IMG/VR virus record: IMGVR_UViG_3300009124_000004
DNA: 64,000 bases
Source: a virus
Reading direction: 5' to 3' (one strand)
The position numbers and the translations under genes are program-made. This document shows, piece after piece, positions 23,101 to 31,132 of this stretch; position 1 is the first letter of the stretch, and each line of letters opens with the position of its first letter. A model generated the notes under the pieces. It did not search any database, was not told the origin of the DNA, and worked only from the letters and a program-made list of their open reading frames with translations.

Positions 23101-26100
23101 ATTAGGTCCTGATGTCTCAGTAGATACCCCAACATCAATTGTCAATGTCGTGTCAAAAATTTGAGTTCCTTCTGCTAATGGACCATTAGTAACAGAGGTG
23201 AGGTACATCCTCTTTAGTTTTTGGTCTACAGTATAAACACTTGCCTGGAAACCATCTACACTTTGAATAACAGAATTTGAAGAGAATGGGATGTTTTCTT
23301 CACCATATTCTAAGTAATCGTAAGTGTCTTTAGAAACACTACTTACAGTTTGACCTTTAATAGTACTAACAAACCCAGCAGCACCAAACCCACCTGTACC
23401 TTCATTATTAAAAACAAGAACATCACTAACTTTATAACCAGCACCACCTGCAAGAACATCAATACTGTCTACTTTAGCTTCAGTAGATGATGGAATAGAT
23501 TCTACAACAAAGTTTCCAGTGTCTGTTGGTTTATGATAAGCGTTTCCTTCTGGAGTCAGATATCTTCTAAGACCAGCAACATTTTCAATATTAGATGCTT
23601 CTAAAATATTAAAATCACTAAATGTTTTTCCTTTAAATTTAGGTCCAATAAAGAATGGAAATCCTTGCTTTCTGTCTCCATTATCAACAGTCATAAAGTA
23701 AGCATATACACCCTCTGGATATTCAGGGGTAACACAGAATCTGCCATTTTCAGAATCTAATCCTTGAACAATTTCTGTGAATACATAATCTTCTTCAAAA
23801 GATCCCATTGGATAATTTGCAAGAAGACCTGGAGAACTACTGCGTCTTCTAATTGAATTTGCAGGTAGAGAATTTGCTTGCAATCTAACATATCCAGATG
23901 CTAGATTGACAATGCTAGAAGATGCATCATTTGCAACAGAATATCCGTATGGACCATAAATTGGTGCTCCATCTAACGCCCATCCAATAATAGGTGAGTG
24001 TTGTTGATTTGCACTTGCATTTGCAGAAAGATTTGGAGTTACACCATTGATTTGTAGTTTTTTAGGAGATCCTAAAATGGTAAATCTTTGTTCTGTCTTT
24101 CCATCAACAACACCACCATCTAATAAAAGAGAACCATCTGCTGGATTGTAATTTGAAATATTATTAGAATCCCAATTATTAAGCAAATTCCAACGCTGAA
24201 CATTTACCTCAAGAATTTCATTAGATCCTTCTTCTGTAATTACAAGTGAAGTATTAAATTCATTATAGTTTAGACCAGAGTTAGTTACAGTAAATCCAGT
24301 AACTACTCCTTGTGCTGCATCAAATGTTGCAACAACTTCTGCACCAACTCCACCACCAGTAGAATCAACAACAGTGACTTTTGGGGCAGATTTATAACCT
24401 TGACCACCATTAACCAAATCTACAGCGGTAATTTTACCATTGTCAAAAGTAAGAAGACCAGCAGCACCATCTCCTTTTAAAATTCTATATTCTGGGTCTT
24501 GAGTATAAAGAGTACCAGGATTATCAATATTAACTTTATAAATTGAACCTGTTACAACTACATCAATACTTGCAGAAATTGTTGGTGTTGTTTCTGAAAC
24601 AATAGTAACTGTGGGTTGTTCTGTATATCCTGTTCCTGGATCAACAACTCTAATTTTAGAAATCTTACCATCAACAATCAATGGTGCAAGTACAGCATCT
24701 CTAAATGATATGTTAGGATCATTAGTGGGAGATTTTTCTACAACAATTACAGTATCTGGACTATATCCTGCCCCCTTATTCTTAATATACACATTTCGTA
24801 CTGAACCATTGATACCCAACGATACTTCTGCAGTTACACCTGTAGCATCTCCTGAATTCAATTTAGTAGGTCCATCTAATTGAATCGCAGGTGGGTTGTG
24901 AACATTAAAATCCCTACCACCATCAATAATAGTTACACTTTCAACTTCACCTCTAATCAAAGTAGTTGGACTCTTCCAACTTAAAATTGGGGTTCCATCT
25001 CTAAGAATACCAACAGCAGTATTTACTGGAATATCTTCTTTTTCTTCCTCATTACTCTGATCAAATACTTTAGGAAGTTGTACGAAGATATCTTGTTCTT
25101 TAATAATAGAAGTTGCTGAGTTGTAAGAAATATCATAGTAAGGAACCGTAGAATACGGCATGTAAACAGAATTGCTATTTGAATATACTTTAGTCACACC
25201 TGCAACCAAAGATTCATTCAAATCCAATGGAAGGGTATCATTAAACTCCCAACCACTTACAATTAAGTTATCCTCGACAATAACATTGCTTACAAATCCT
25301 AAATCGCCCTCTTGATAACCAATGCTGTTATTTTCAATAGTAACATCAGAAATACCAACATAAACTACAAATGAAGATCCAGCATCATCACTAGCAGTTG
25401 CTAATGTAGAATTATCATATACAATATCACCTAAAAGCAACTCAATATTTCCAGTTGACTGAAAATTCTGTACAACAAAATCTAAATCATCGGTACACTC
25501 AAAATAATTAGATCTCTTACCAGTATAAGATACCAGTGCCTGACCAATTCTTAAAGCACCAATTTCTGGGAATCCAAAAGTAGAATCTACATATAAACGC
25601 CTTTCTTCACCAACAGTTTCTGGAATTGCAGTAATTACAGTAAATTCTGTAGGTAGAATCTGATCTCCATTTGAAATTTCAAATTCATAAACTTGACTTG
25701 CAAATGAGAATACATTTTCTGCGGTTTGGACTGGGAAAGTCAAACCTTTTTGAATAATACTATTTCCAACTAAACTAGGAACATCATAAGAATCTAAACC
25801 CTCTAATCTTACAATATTCTTATTTTGATACGTTGCCTCTGATGGTGCATAGAGGTTTTCTTTGTAATTACGAAGTTCTGGTTTCTTTTGGAACAAGAAC
25901 TTAAAATAAAACTCAATTCCGCTAGGTGTACCTTTAGAAAGATAGAAATCTTTTGCTTTCTTTAAAATTTGGTCAATATTGATACTGCCCAGATTATCAT
26001 TTAAGATATTTGCTGGAAAGTCAACCAAATAATTTGCTCTCAACTCCTCAAGGAAGTATAAGATGTAAGAATATGACTGATTGTATACTAAAGTTCCTTC

Positions 26101-26550
26101 TTCATGAGAAGCAGGATCAGTTTCTTTGTTTGCAGTAAATCCAGATTCATATGAAAGATCATTATAAGTAAATCCTCTAGTACATCCTTCAAATGTAGTA
26201 ATCTTACTACCATCAATAGCAGTACCATAAGATCTCTTGTTATAAATGATGACTTCATCATCAATTTTCAATAAACCTTGAGATCTGGGAAACTCTACAT
26301 GTCCAGCAACGACAATTTCTGTCTCATTGCCAGATACAGAGTATTTTAACGTTGAAGAAGCATCAATTCCCGTATATGTGTCAATATCGATTAACTCTTG
26401 AACTCCATTAAGAAGATCAAGAGGATTTCCATTAGTTTCTAGAAATCTATAGTAATCTTTTACAAAATTGACAAAGTTAGGATACTCCGAAGGCAAGTAC
26501 GAGGGGACTTGCCCAATGATAGAACTTGATACTTTTAAATCGTTAAACAT
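17155..26550 (-). CDS. gp7: Baseplate wedge initiator gp7-like giant protein (3131 aa)
   Basis: FVNFVKDYYRFLE; IKIDDEVI.Y; KAKDFYLSKGT; LQDSYRYQKFAYEI...QKAAHPTGYNLF; located between gp6 and gp8. Confidence 0.85.
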   Translation of the reverse strand: MFNDLKVSSSIIGQVPSYLPSEYPNFVNFVKDYYRFLETNGNPLDLLNGVQELIDIDTYTGIDASSTLKYSVSGNETEIVVAGHVEFPRSQGLLKIDDEVIIYNKRSYGTAIDGSKITTFEGCTRGFTYNDLSYESGFTANKETDPASHEEGTLVYNQSYSYILYFLEELRANYLVDFPANILNDNLGSINIDQILKKAKDFYLSKGTPSGIEFYFKFLFQKKPELRNYKENLYAPSEATYQNKNIVRLEGLDSYDVPSLVGNSIIQKGLTFPVQTAENVFSFASQVYEFEISNGDQILPTEFTVITAIPETVGEERRLYVDSTFGFPEIGALRIGQALVSYTGKRSNYFECTDDLDFVVQNFQSTGNIELLLGDIVYDNSTLATASDDAGSSFVVYVGISDVTIENNSIGYQEGDLGFVSNVIVEDNLIVSGWEFNDTLPLDLNESLVAGVTKVYSNSNSVYMPYSTVPYYDISYNSATSIIKEQDIFVQLPKVFDQSNEEEKEDIPVNTAVGILRDGTPILSWKSPTTLIRGEVESVTIIDGGRDFNVHNPPAIQLDGPTKLNSGDATGVTAEVSLGINGSVRNVYIKNKGAGYSPDTVIVVEKSPTNDPNISFRDAVLAPLIVDGKISKIRVVDPGTGYTEQPTVTIVSETTPTISASIDVVVTGSIYKVNIDNPGTLYTQDPEYRILKGDGAAGLLTFDNGKITAVDLVNGGQGYKSAPKVTVVDSTGGGVGAEVVATFDAAQGVVTGFTVTNSGLNYNEFNTSLVITEEGSNEILEVNVQRWNLLNNWDSNNISNYNPADGSLLLDGGVVDGKTEQRFTILGSPKKLQINGVTPNLSANASANQQHSPIIGWALDGAPIYGPYGYSVANDASSSIVNLASGYVRLQANSLPANSIRRRSSSPGLLANYPMGSFEEDYVFTEIVQGLDSENGRFCVTPEYPEGVYAYFMTVDNGDRKQGFPFFIGPKFKGKTFSDFNILEASNIENVAGLRRYLTPEGNAYHKPTDTGNFVVESIPSSTEAKVDSIDVLAGGAGYKVSDVLVFNNEGTGGFGAAGFVSTIKGQTVSSVSKDTYDYLEYGEENIPFSSNSVIQSVDGFQASVYTVDQKLKRMYLTSVTNGPLAEGTQIFDTTLTIDVGVSTETSGPNLSNTVLGNLVYTAELVNDLDSVTGYIRLQNYNLAGSIADFTVGQYVRIDNEYCKIIQVFASDNAILVRRGVNGTTQESYSSGTVLTRTAQVQVFDSSVFQLGDIVQINSEKFKIVNIDISKDDEVVATRIIDGGSGNTGTFYCFFNGVLQTLGGQGSQVVQLGSGGEVEDLTFDPQQGITSNPIVQIGTNSTYDAPSQTFLDVNIVASTYRHTLTLERAAFSSSAEFHYPRTTVNRLRFINGLVTKYEEDRILAKINSANNSLVQNDFVRVTAALKLNKDYRIQYNSVNNPARFEVDTGSGFDHTISTLEFYEGSTYTFEVANISLGAINVEFFGPSYDTETQTTVVGRKYFDVNIKKTIVNGNITEFVIYPDDSDLTDYIMRVSVVGGSDYKDYKIKTVSEPINGEYNVVNSSSTYFEVYVKEDPLPDNTFVYNANTISYITRSTTASGGINTATLTSGGFNYTTIPVISSVKTTSGEGAILEPISDSIGKINKIKAVSSGYGYSPDKTQKPSVIFPRITKIKNNFVVSSIRIDDSGSQYIFAPRIVLSGGGLPDNSPNHAIVEAQVTNGRIININLVSPGIRYNSAPTIDVEKYYYAGLTSTGELSFKFAFNQYILENDIFKFRAYYEINGVEYYEDSAINFYAKLNSTTISCREEPVANNTPDVNPMTQVTLPGGAVATRYELISLARKASVTAIVSKSQFISGEKVTINGDPQKIGFVTTNKGWQKGSSILRIENYNYLISENDEISGSDSGAFGIVESAFGISALTTVGPIVQTPKKFLDTKSFLGSSALRLQDSYRYQKFAYEIGTEVPFNQWKEGYQKAAHPTGYNLFARTSIDNAIGRQNTVSSIVNVATNVNEVVSFKTKYNYLVTKNNGLDEVEVKNRLLTDVKNIKDSVVAAFEDISDQFDGIETAFPLKVVDPVTPTIEDVDGNTVTNYIEDYDVDQMVVLLDNIIQTYGTSWIVTDSDKTIRFTSSRDSGEFLPSEVMRYRQFNDDTIIYIMTETTTSATDTFNLVQEDTSVFPAGIFSSIDEDNYMCFIDGVLQENANFSISAGGGSPTITFGETLPVGSELSVRYLSGFLKNEFTSGSATANTPIVLTNKPSGITNKDSFFVFVDGIAITTDDYEINASNDLVFDYDFTYDTLIVIIDPLGVSLEEEEHVLLSTKYEYKVNDGQIAIPAGFTINPEDYFVEIAGVTQTPYIVYDTVTSGVRKINFFEPPQRYVGPDRTVGRQFIGLLYQRSDADGSLGTTQNYQFDDVSKNIIHTKEPVNNFIIGDFVINSNELVTSRIVDKNTATTRVVIETGHTGSVAAAGTFDIIVNDLTNIFVGDRVLFKASYGMTSVDSDELEISAINSQTRTITLTNISTSSLSITIAIDTAIRFLHHTLTIEDLVVDASITDRDDAFTNGQTINSGFVSSQKTNVITSVDETYGVSQGDTSFDVVSVTGFAQNDYVVIDNVEIVKITNISSNTLTVDRSQLNTSAPLFHGNGVSIQKIVPYTLTVQSFNRGFDGEKTEFILKENGNPVFITSDKDIFVIVNGILQKRGTSYNLVEVDPDSTPSTGDEYAKLVFTEAPADGTPFNCFYVGEQISIGDISNQFNGIETAFDLRDVNGEIFSLISNGRAEANISANLILFIDGVYQIPSTTEFGREEAYPESLSSFKLFGSLIEFSSPPKFGSAFEGYIFVGSADDYESIDVDATVESGDTLIQQNEVSSRGIINVLSATRLATTNSNGQRNTNPLSGINPGSIGEYGWWLTHLVREAKVRESLRARRTLTTTVTGLPGGIFPLSGPTLYTTSIASIELDDISDDLPTNPDDDTNLITFALPASTNFGARQINARFTTFVPRNPAVPGDVDEIQGVTLGTDLAFDQIVKLDASAANAPFFVASQGSGNGIINELVSRIKFGAGYAYDATVIDWDVTNLLLYVKLDTPANSIAASDTIQLQNTALDVIGPVTDHDLIAEYQSLTVGNDFYYNF

Positions 26551-26552
26551 GT

Positions 26553-28400
26553 TTAACTAGATACTGGAATTTGACCGACACCTGATGTTCTAGATGATGA
26601 TGTTAATGCATCTAGGATTACGCTAACGTTAACTCCTGCAGGATCAATAGAAAGATACAAATCTCTCAATGCCATGATATCATTTGACTTAGGAATTACC
26701 GAAACTGTAATATACCCCGTATCACCGATAGCAGAATTAATATTGATAGCATTAATATTTATTTCGCCTTTTTCATAGTTAATAGAACCAACATTCTTGC
26801 TATAATATCTCTTTGCACTTCCATCATAACGGAAAATGGCAATCGTGTTACTGTTTTCTATTTTTTCTAGATAAAAAACATAATTTGAATCTTGCCCTGT
26901 AATTTTGAACCCAGTTGAGATGATATCTGTGTTCTCAGAGATTCTATTACCATAACATACCTCATAAGAAGCAAATACATTAGGAATTACTTGGAAATTC
27001 TTCCTCATACGAATCCTAGTGATATTTGATGTAATACCTTTATCGGCATCATCAATAGTACCAATTAATTTACTATATTTGAACTTACCATTGAATCGGT
27101 TAAGGTCTTTTGTTGCTCCAAATCCAACGATTGTGTTCTTTACAGCGTTTTCAATTTCTTGAGCATTCTTTCTTGACTTATTGTTGTCATAATAAACGAA
27201 TGAGTCAATATCAAGATAGAGATATGAAGGATCAATAACCTCAGGAATAACTGTAAGGATAGAATACTCCTTAATGTCTTTTTTAAGATTTTGCTTAGCA
27301 GTTGTGGTAAGAGTTTCTGCTCCAAATGGTTTTGCAACGATGAATACCTTACCATATTGTGGGGGATCTGCTTCCTCTCCACCAAATACAGATAACGACT
27401 CAAGGTTTGGAGAAATTTCTCTAATTAAGGTCTCATAATCCCTTACAGTTACTGCTCTCTTCTGTGCAGAGTAGTAACGTGGAGCAAGATACTTGATTGA
27501 AGTGATATTTTCAGGGTCTCCACCTCCAGTGGACTCACTAACCAACGTAATAGTTGGATTTGACTGTGAGTATGTTTGTCCAGCATACTCTAGTTGACCT
27601 GTAAAGGTAAAATCAGTACATTGATTACCTGCAGTTTTATTTGTTACAAGATATTCAATCGTAATCGTGTCTAAGTTCTTTAATTTTCTTCCAAATACAC
27701 CGTCACCAAAAATTAACTCAAATTGTTCGTTCTTATTCTCTTGAATAAAGTAAACTCTGTCAGTAGAGTTGAGTTCTGTGATATTTTTTACGCTAGTGTA
27801 TCTTTGTGGAATTGCAAAGTCAACCTCATTAACAGTTACATTCAACAAATCAACATCAGCATCTGCACTTGGGACAATAAACTTTTGTCTCGTTGATGTA
27901 TCGACAGTATATTGTAAATTTAAAAATGATCCTTGATAGATATCAAGATTATTAAAGGTAATTCTACGAACGCCATTAGCATCCATATATGCTTCTCTTG
28001 TAACGTCGTTCAAGACGCTAAAAACAAAAGATCCGTCACCATTACTACCAATGAAGGAATTACCCTTCTTCAAGGTCAATGCAGCGGTCTGTGGATTGAC
28101 GATAATATCCAGGTTGATAGTTGCTACAGGCGCTTTTGCGGACCTTGGAGTGTATCCAACCAGTTTTGCAAGAGAAACTACATTCTCTCTAATAGAAGCA
28201 CTATCAAAGAATACCTCATTAGCAACCAAATTGGCATTCAATCCAGAGTAATAGGTATTATATGCTAAAAGATCGATCAGTTGAGAAAGAACTGACCCCT
28301 CAAAGTTATAATCAGTAAAAGTTTCAGAAGAACGAAGGAATTCCCTCAAACTTTTTTTGACATCTTCAAAATCTAAATTGGTAACTTGATTGAATGCCAT
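26553..28400 (-). CDS. gp6: Baseplate wedge subunit gp6
   Basis: LDFEDVKKSL.EFL...FTDYNFEGS.LS.LIDLLAYNTYY; SIKYLAPRYYSAQKRAVT..DYE; PPQYGKVFI. Confidence 0.95.
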   Translation of the reverse strand: MAFNQVTNLDFEDVKKSLREFLRSSETFTDYNFEGSVLSQLIDLLAYNTYYSGLNANLVANEVFFDSASIRENVVSLAKLVGYTPRSAKAPVATINLDIIVNPQTAALTLKKGNSFIGSNGDGSFVFSVLNDVTREAYMDANGVRRITFNNLDIYQGSFLNLQYTVDTSTRQKFIVPSADADVDLLNVTVNEVDFAIPQRYTSVKNITELNSTDRVYFIQENKNEQFELIFGDGVFGRKLKNLDTITIEYLVTNKTAGNQCTDFTFTGQLEYAGQTYSQSNPTITLVSESTGGGDPENITSIKYLAPRYYSAQKRAVTVRDYETLIREISPNLESLSVFGGEEADPPQYGKVFIVAKPFGAETLTTTAKQNLKKDIKEYSILTVIPEVIDPSYLYLDIDSFVYYDNNKSRKNAQEIENAVKNTIVGFGATKDLNRFNGKFKYSKLIGTIDDADKGITSNITRIRMRKNFQVIPNVFASYEVCYGNRISENTDIISTGFKITGQDSNYVFYLEKIENSNTIAIFRYDGSAKRYYSKNVGSINYEKGEININAININSAIGDTGYITVSVIPKSNDIMALRDLYLSIDPAGVNVSVILDALTSSSRTSGVGQIPVSS

Positions 28401-28792
28401 TATACTCTTTCTAGTACGAGGTTAAGTGATTGTTGGTCTAAAGGAATTCCGACGATTTTGTAGTTTACAGTAACTTCCAGAGCATTAGTATCAATATTAT
28501 CTAAAACTTCAACTTCAGTTACTTCAACCCTTGGTTCATGTGCAGTAAGCGCATCTTCAATACTCAATGCAATGTCGTCAATAAGAACAGGGTCAAAGTT
28601 TTCAAATAATGCTGAATTGATAGATGCGCCAAAAAATGGGCGAAATGGTTTCTCACCCCTGATAGTCAACACAATATTCTTGACTGCTTGTTTGATGGCA
28701 TCTTCATTCTTAATTGTTGGCAAGTCGCCAGTAATCGGATGCCTATCAAATTTAGGGTTTAGATCAACAAATTTTTTGGATATTGTTGCCAT
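28400..28792 (-). CDS. gp25: Baseplate wedge subunit gp25 (GPW/gp25 family)
   Basis: NEDAIKQAVKNIVLT.RGEKPF.P.FG...LFE...HEPRV. Confidence 0.93.
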   Translation of the reverse strand: MATISKKFVDLNPKFDRHPITGDLPTIKNEDAIKQAVKNIVLTIRGEKPFRPFFGASINSALFENFDPVLIDDIALSIEDALTAHEPRVEVTEVEVLDNIDTNALEVTVNYKIVGIPLDQQSLNLVLERV

Positions 28793-28817
28793 TTGAGCAC
28801 CTAGTATACTTTATATA

Positions 28818-29009
28818 TCAGGTCAACCACTCGGCATAGTCGTCAAATCCACCTTTACCACCACAGGGGCGACTTAAACGGTCCTTGGGTGGGTCATTAG
28901 CAGGTTTCTGTGCCAGTTTTAAGTAGTAATCAGATCTAGGATCGGTAATTAATACCATTCCTGATTTAATAAATTCCTGACTTTGATCGGGAATAGGATG
29001 ATTTGCCAT
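28818..29009 (-). CDS. Conserved cyanophage hypothetical protein (63 aa)
   Basis: Start moved to MANHPIPDQS because GGAGG lies 5-6 nt upstream; SGMVLITDP motif. Confidence 0.65.
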   Translation of the reverse strand: MANHPIPDQSQEFIKSGMVLITDPRSDYYLKLAQKPANDPPKDRLSRPCGGKGGFDDYAEWLT

Positions 29010-29069
29010 TTTTTCCTCCAAAAATCTGTTACCAGAACTTTTTGGGAGGTTTCTATCTCCAAATTATAT

Positions 29070-29723
29070 TTATTGCTCTTTCTCTTCGGGTGTTTTCCAG
29101 AAATAATCGTCTGTATCACCCAATCTACCCCATCTAACACCGCTCTCAACCTGATAATATTTGGTAGAGACCTTAAAATCTGGGATTTTGGGTTCTTGGG
29201 GTGTAATTGACAAGTCAAAAATCCTGATTCTATTGTTTGGATACAGGGCAAACTGCCCATTTTCTAATTCAATGCAGTTATGGGACTTATGTTCTTCTGG
29301 AATTTCACTAACATTGCAATTTGTAGTGTCAATATCTGGGTGAAAATTGTCCAATGTGAACAAATACTCACCAGATAGTGCTCCATAGTTCCTGGTATGG
29401 CACACAAAGTCCATAGAACCGATGAATTGCTTCTCAATACAACGGACTCCATAATCCATGCAATTCCAGAATTGCAGGTTGGGTAGGTCTAGGTCTACCT
29501 GAGGGGTCTCGGGGCGACTTAGAAAGGCACTGATGGGCAGCTTATCGAACATTGCGGCATACTCTGGTAAGTACGTCTCAAAATAAAAAGCACGCCCAGG
29601 TATCGATTTTGCCGATACCCAGACGCCCTCTACAAATTCGCCATGTCCGTCAACGTGATCCCTAAGGTATTCCTTACGAACCCATACTTTTTGTGGTGGT
29701 AAGTTGACGACTAATTGACTCAT
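29070..29723 (-). CDS. Conserved hypothetical protein of marine T4-like phages (217 aa)
   Basis: NLPP.KVWVRKEYL.D...GHGEF; DKLPISAF; LQFWNCMDY; EHKSHN.I.L.NGQFALYPNNR. Confidence 0.8.
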   Translation of the reverse strand: MSQLVVNLPPQKVWVRKEYLRDHVDGHGEFVEGVWVSAKSIPGRAFYFETYLPEYAAMFDKLPISAFLSRPETPQVDLDLPNLQFWNCMDYGVRCIEKQFIGSMDFVCHTRNYGALSGEYLFTLDNFHPDIDTTNCNVSEIPEEHKSHNCIELENGQFALYPNNRIRIFDLSITPQEPKIPDFKVSTKYYQVESGVRWGRLGDTDDYFWKTPEEKEQ

Positions 29724-29875
29724 TCTTCTCTATACGTTGGTGGATGGAACGCACAATACTCATTGAACGTGATTTTCATCTCTTTATTAGTGAGATTGCA
29801 GTGTTCTGCCGCTTTTGGAAGGTTCCATTTTGCAGAAAACAGCATTTCCATGGATTTTCTGGTCTCGGGTCTCAC
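29720..29875 (-). CDS. Small hypothetical protein (51 aa, GTG start), possible helix-turn-helix
   Basis: Not in the ORF track. Reads MRPETRKSMEMLFSAKWNLPKAAEHCNLTNKEMKITFNEYCAFHPPTYREE; GTGA and ATGA overlaps couple it to both neighbours. Confidence 0.7.
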   Translation of the reverse strand: MRPETRKSMEMLFSAKWNLPKAAEHCNLTNKEMKITFNEYCAFHPPTYREE

Positions 29876-30021
29876 TTACCCTGCCCCCGATAACGCTTTT
29901 TGCGCCCATTACGAGCAGTTGCAGACAGTTTTGTGTTTTTAGAGCGCCCTTGGCGGGTCAGTTTGGGTTTGCCAGGTTCAAATTGAACACCAGAAAGTCC
30001 GATTTTTGAACGAGCTGCCAT
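29872..30021 (-). CDS. Small highly basic protein (49 aa)
   Basis: Not in the ORF track. Reads MAARSKIGLSGVQFEPGKPKLTRQGRSKNTKLSATARNGRKKRYRGQGK; first gene after a consensus sigma70 promoter. Confidence 0.75.
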   Translation of the reverse strand: MAARSKIGLSGVQFEPGKPKLTRQGRSKNTKLSATARNGRKKRYRGQGK

Positions 30022-30050
30022 AATTTTGAAATTTTTGCGTGAACTACAGT

Positions 30051-30079
30051 ATTATAAACGGGATTTTGCGCCTTGTCAA
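30051..30079 (-). promoter_or_regulatory. Perfect sigma70-type promoter TTGACA-N17-TATAAT
   Basis: TTGACA at 30079-30074, 17-nt spacer, TATAAT at 30056-30051. Confidence 0.85.
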
Positions 30080-30080
30080 G

Positions 30081-30386
30081 TCAGAAAGTGCCTGCAAAGA
30101 CATTAAATGACCCTTGAGCGATGGTATCTCCGCAACCAATGAAATCTCCAATGCGTCCAGGAGGACGGAAATTGAAGTAAACGTTAACTGGACCCTGTGA
30201 AATGGGTCGAATTGCGTGTGGAGGAGGGCAATTTGCACAAGGACACGCATGAGGAGCGAATAAATCGCCCACACGCCCTGCCAAAATGAAATTTACACGC
30301 ACATTGGGGGATCCCTGCGTAAGAGCAGTTGGTGGATAGCAGATGTGCCCTGTAGACAGGGAACCAACATAGGTACAACCTTTCAT
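30081..30386 (-). CDS. PAAR-domain spike tip protein (T4 gp5.4-like)
   Basis: GH.CYPP...GSPNVRVN...GRVGD.F.PH; PPGRIGD.IGCGD.I.QGS.NVF.G. Confidence 0.9.
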   Translation of the reverse strand: MKGCTYVGSLSTGHICYPPTALTQGSPNVRVNFILAGRVGDLFAPHACPCANCPPPHAIRPISQGPVNVYFNFRPPGRIGDFIGCGDTIAQGSFNVFAGTF

Positions 30387-31132
30387 ATTGATAATTTGGG
30401 AAATAGTGGATTACGTCCTGTCTGACTATTTACCGCTTCTACAAACCTTGCAGATGCAATATCCTTGTCATCATAGACGATTTGCTTAATCGGGAATGTG
30501 CCAGCACCAATACCACAACTACTTGTGATGACTACTGTATACTCTACAATAATCATAAAATTAGGATCTGGGAAATAATGCTGCATATGATCAGACGTTC
30601 CAATCTCCTCAATCATTCCAGTGGCAGGAGTACCTGCGATAGGAAGACCTCCAATAGGGTTCAAGAACGTCCCTCTAGTAAGGGCAGAACCCTGATTAAG
30701 TGTACCATACTGTGCAATGTACCCAGAAGGTGATGTGATGGGTGTAGGGAGGTGTGTAGGGGCAAGTACGTCCCTTCTATACTTGTACTCCTTATTGGGG
30801 AACAGATAGTCCGTATAGGTCCCTGTAACAGTCATTGTGATGGTTCCAGGGAACGTACAGGTTGCTGTTGCAACGCCAGTGCCTCCTGGTCCTGCAACCC
30901 CGCTAGTACCATTTGTACTAGTCAATGTAACTGTTAACCCAGGATCTCCAAAGTATGCTGCAGGTGCAACCACTGGTGTGAAGTTAGTTACAGTGACTGT
31001 AAAAACTTCTGGAATGATTGGAGGTCCAGGACTACAAATAACCGCTGTCCAGACATTAGGTGTCCAGACAATGGGTTTCATTACAATACTAGGTACTGGT
31101 TGAATCGGTGTATAAACTGTTGGAATAGGCAT
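30383..31132 (-). CDS. Pro/Thr-rich virion protein adjacent to PAAR (249 aa; possibly gp5.1-like)
   Basis: Coupled to the PAAR gene; shares LFP and C-terminal ARF motifs with the upstream 473-aa protein. Confidence 0.6.
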   Translation of the reverse strand: MPIPTVYTPIQPVPSIVMKPIVWTPNVWTAVICSPGPPIIPEVFTVTVTNFTPVVAPAAYFGDPGLTVTLTSTNGTSGVAGPGGTGVATATCTFPGTITMTVTGTYTDYLFPNKEYKYRRDVLAPTHLPTPITSPSGYIAQYGTLNQGSALTRGTFLNPIGGLPIAGTPATGMIEEIGTSDHMQHYFPDPNFMIIVEYTVVITSSCGIGAGTFPIKQIVYDDKDIASARFVEAVNSQTGRNPLFPKLSI

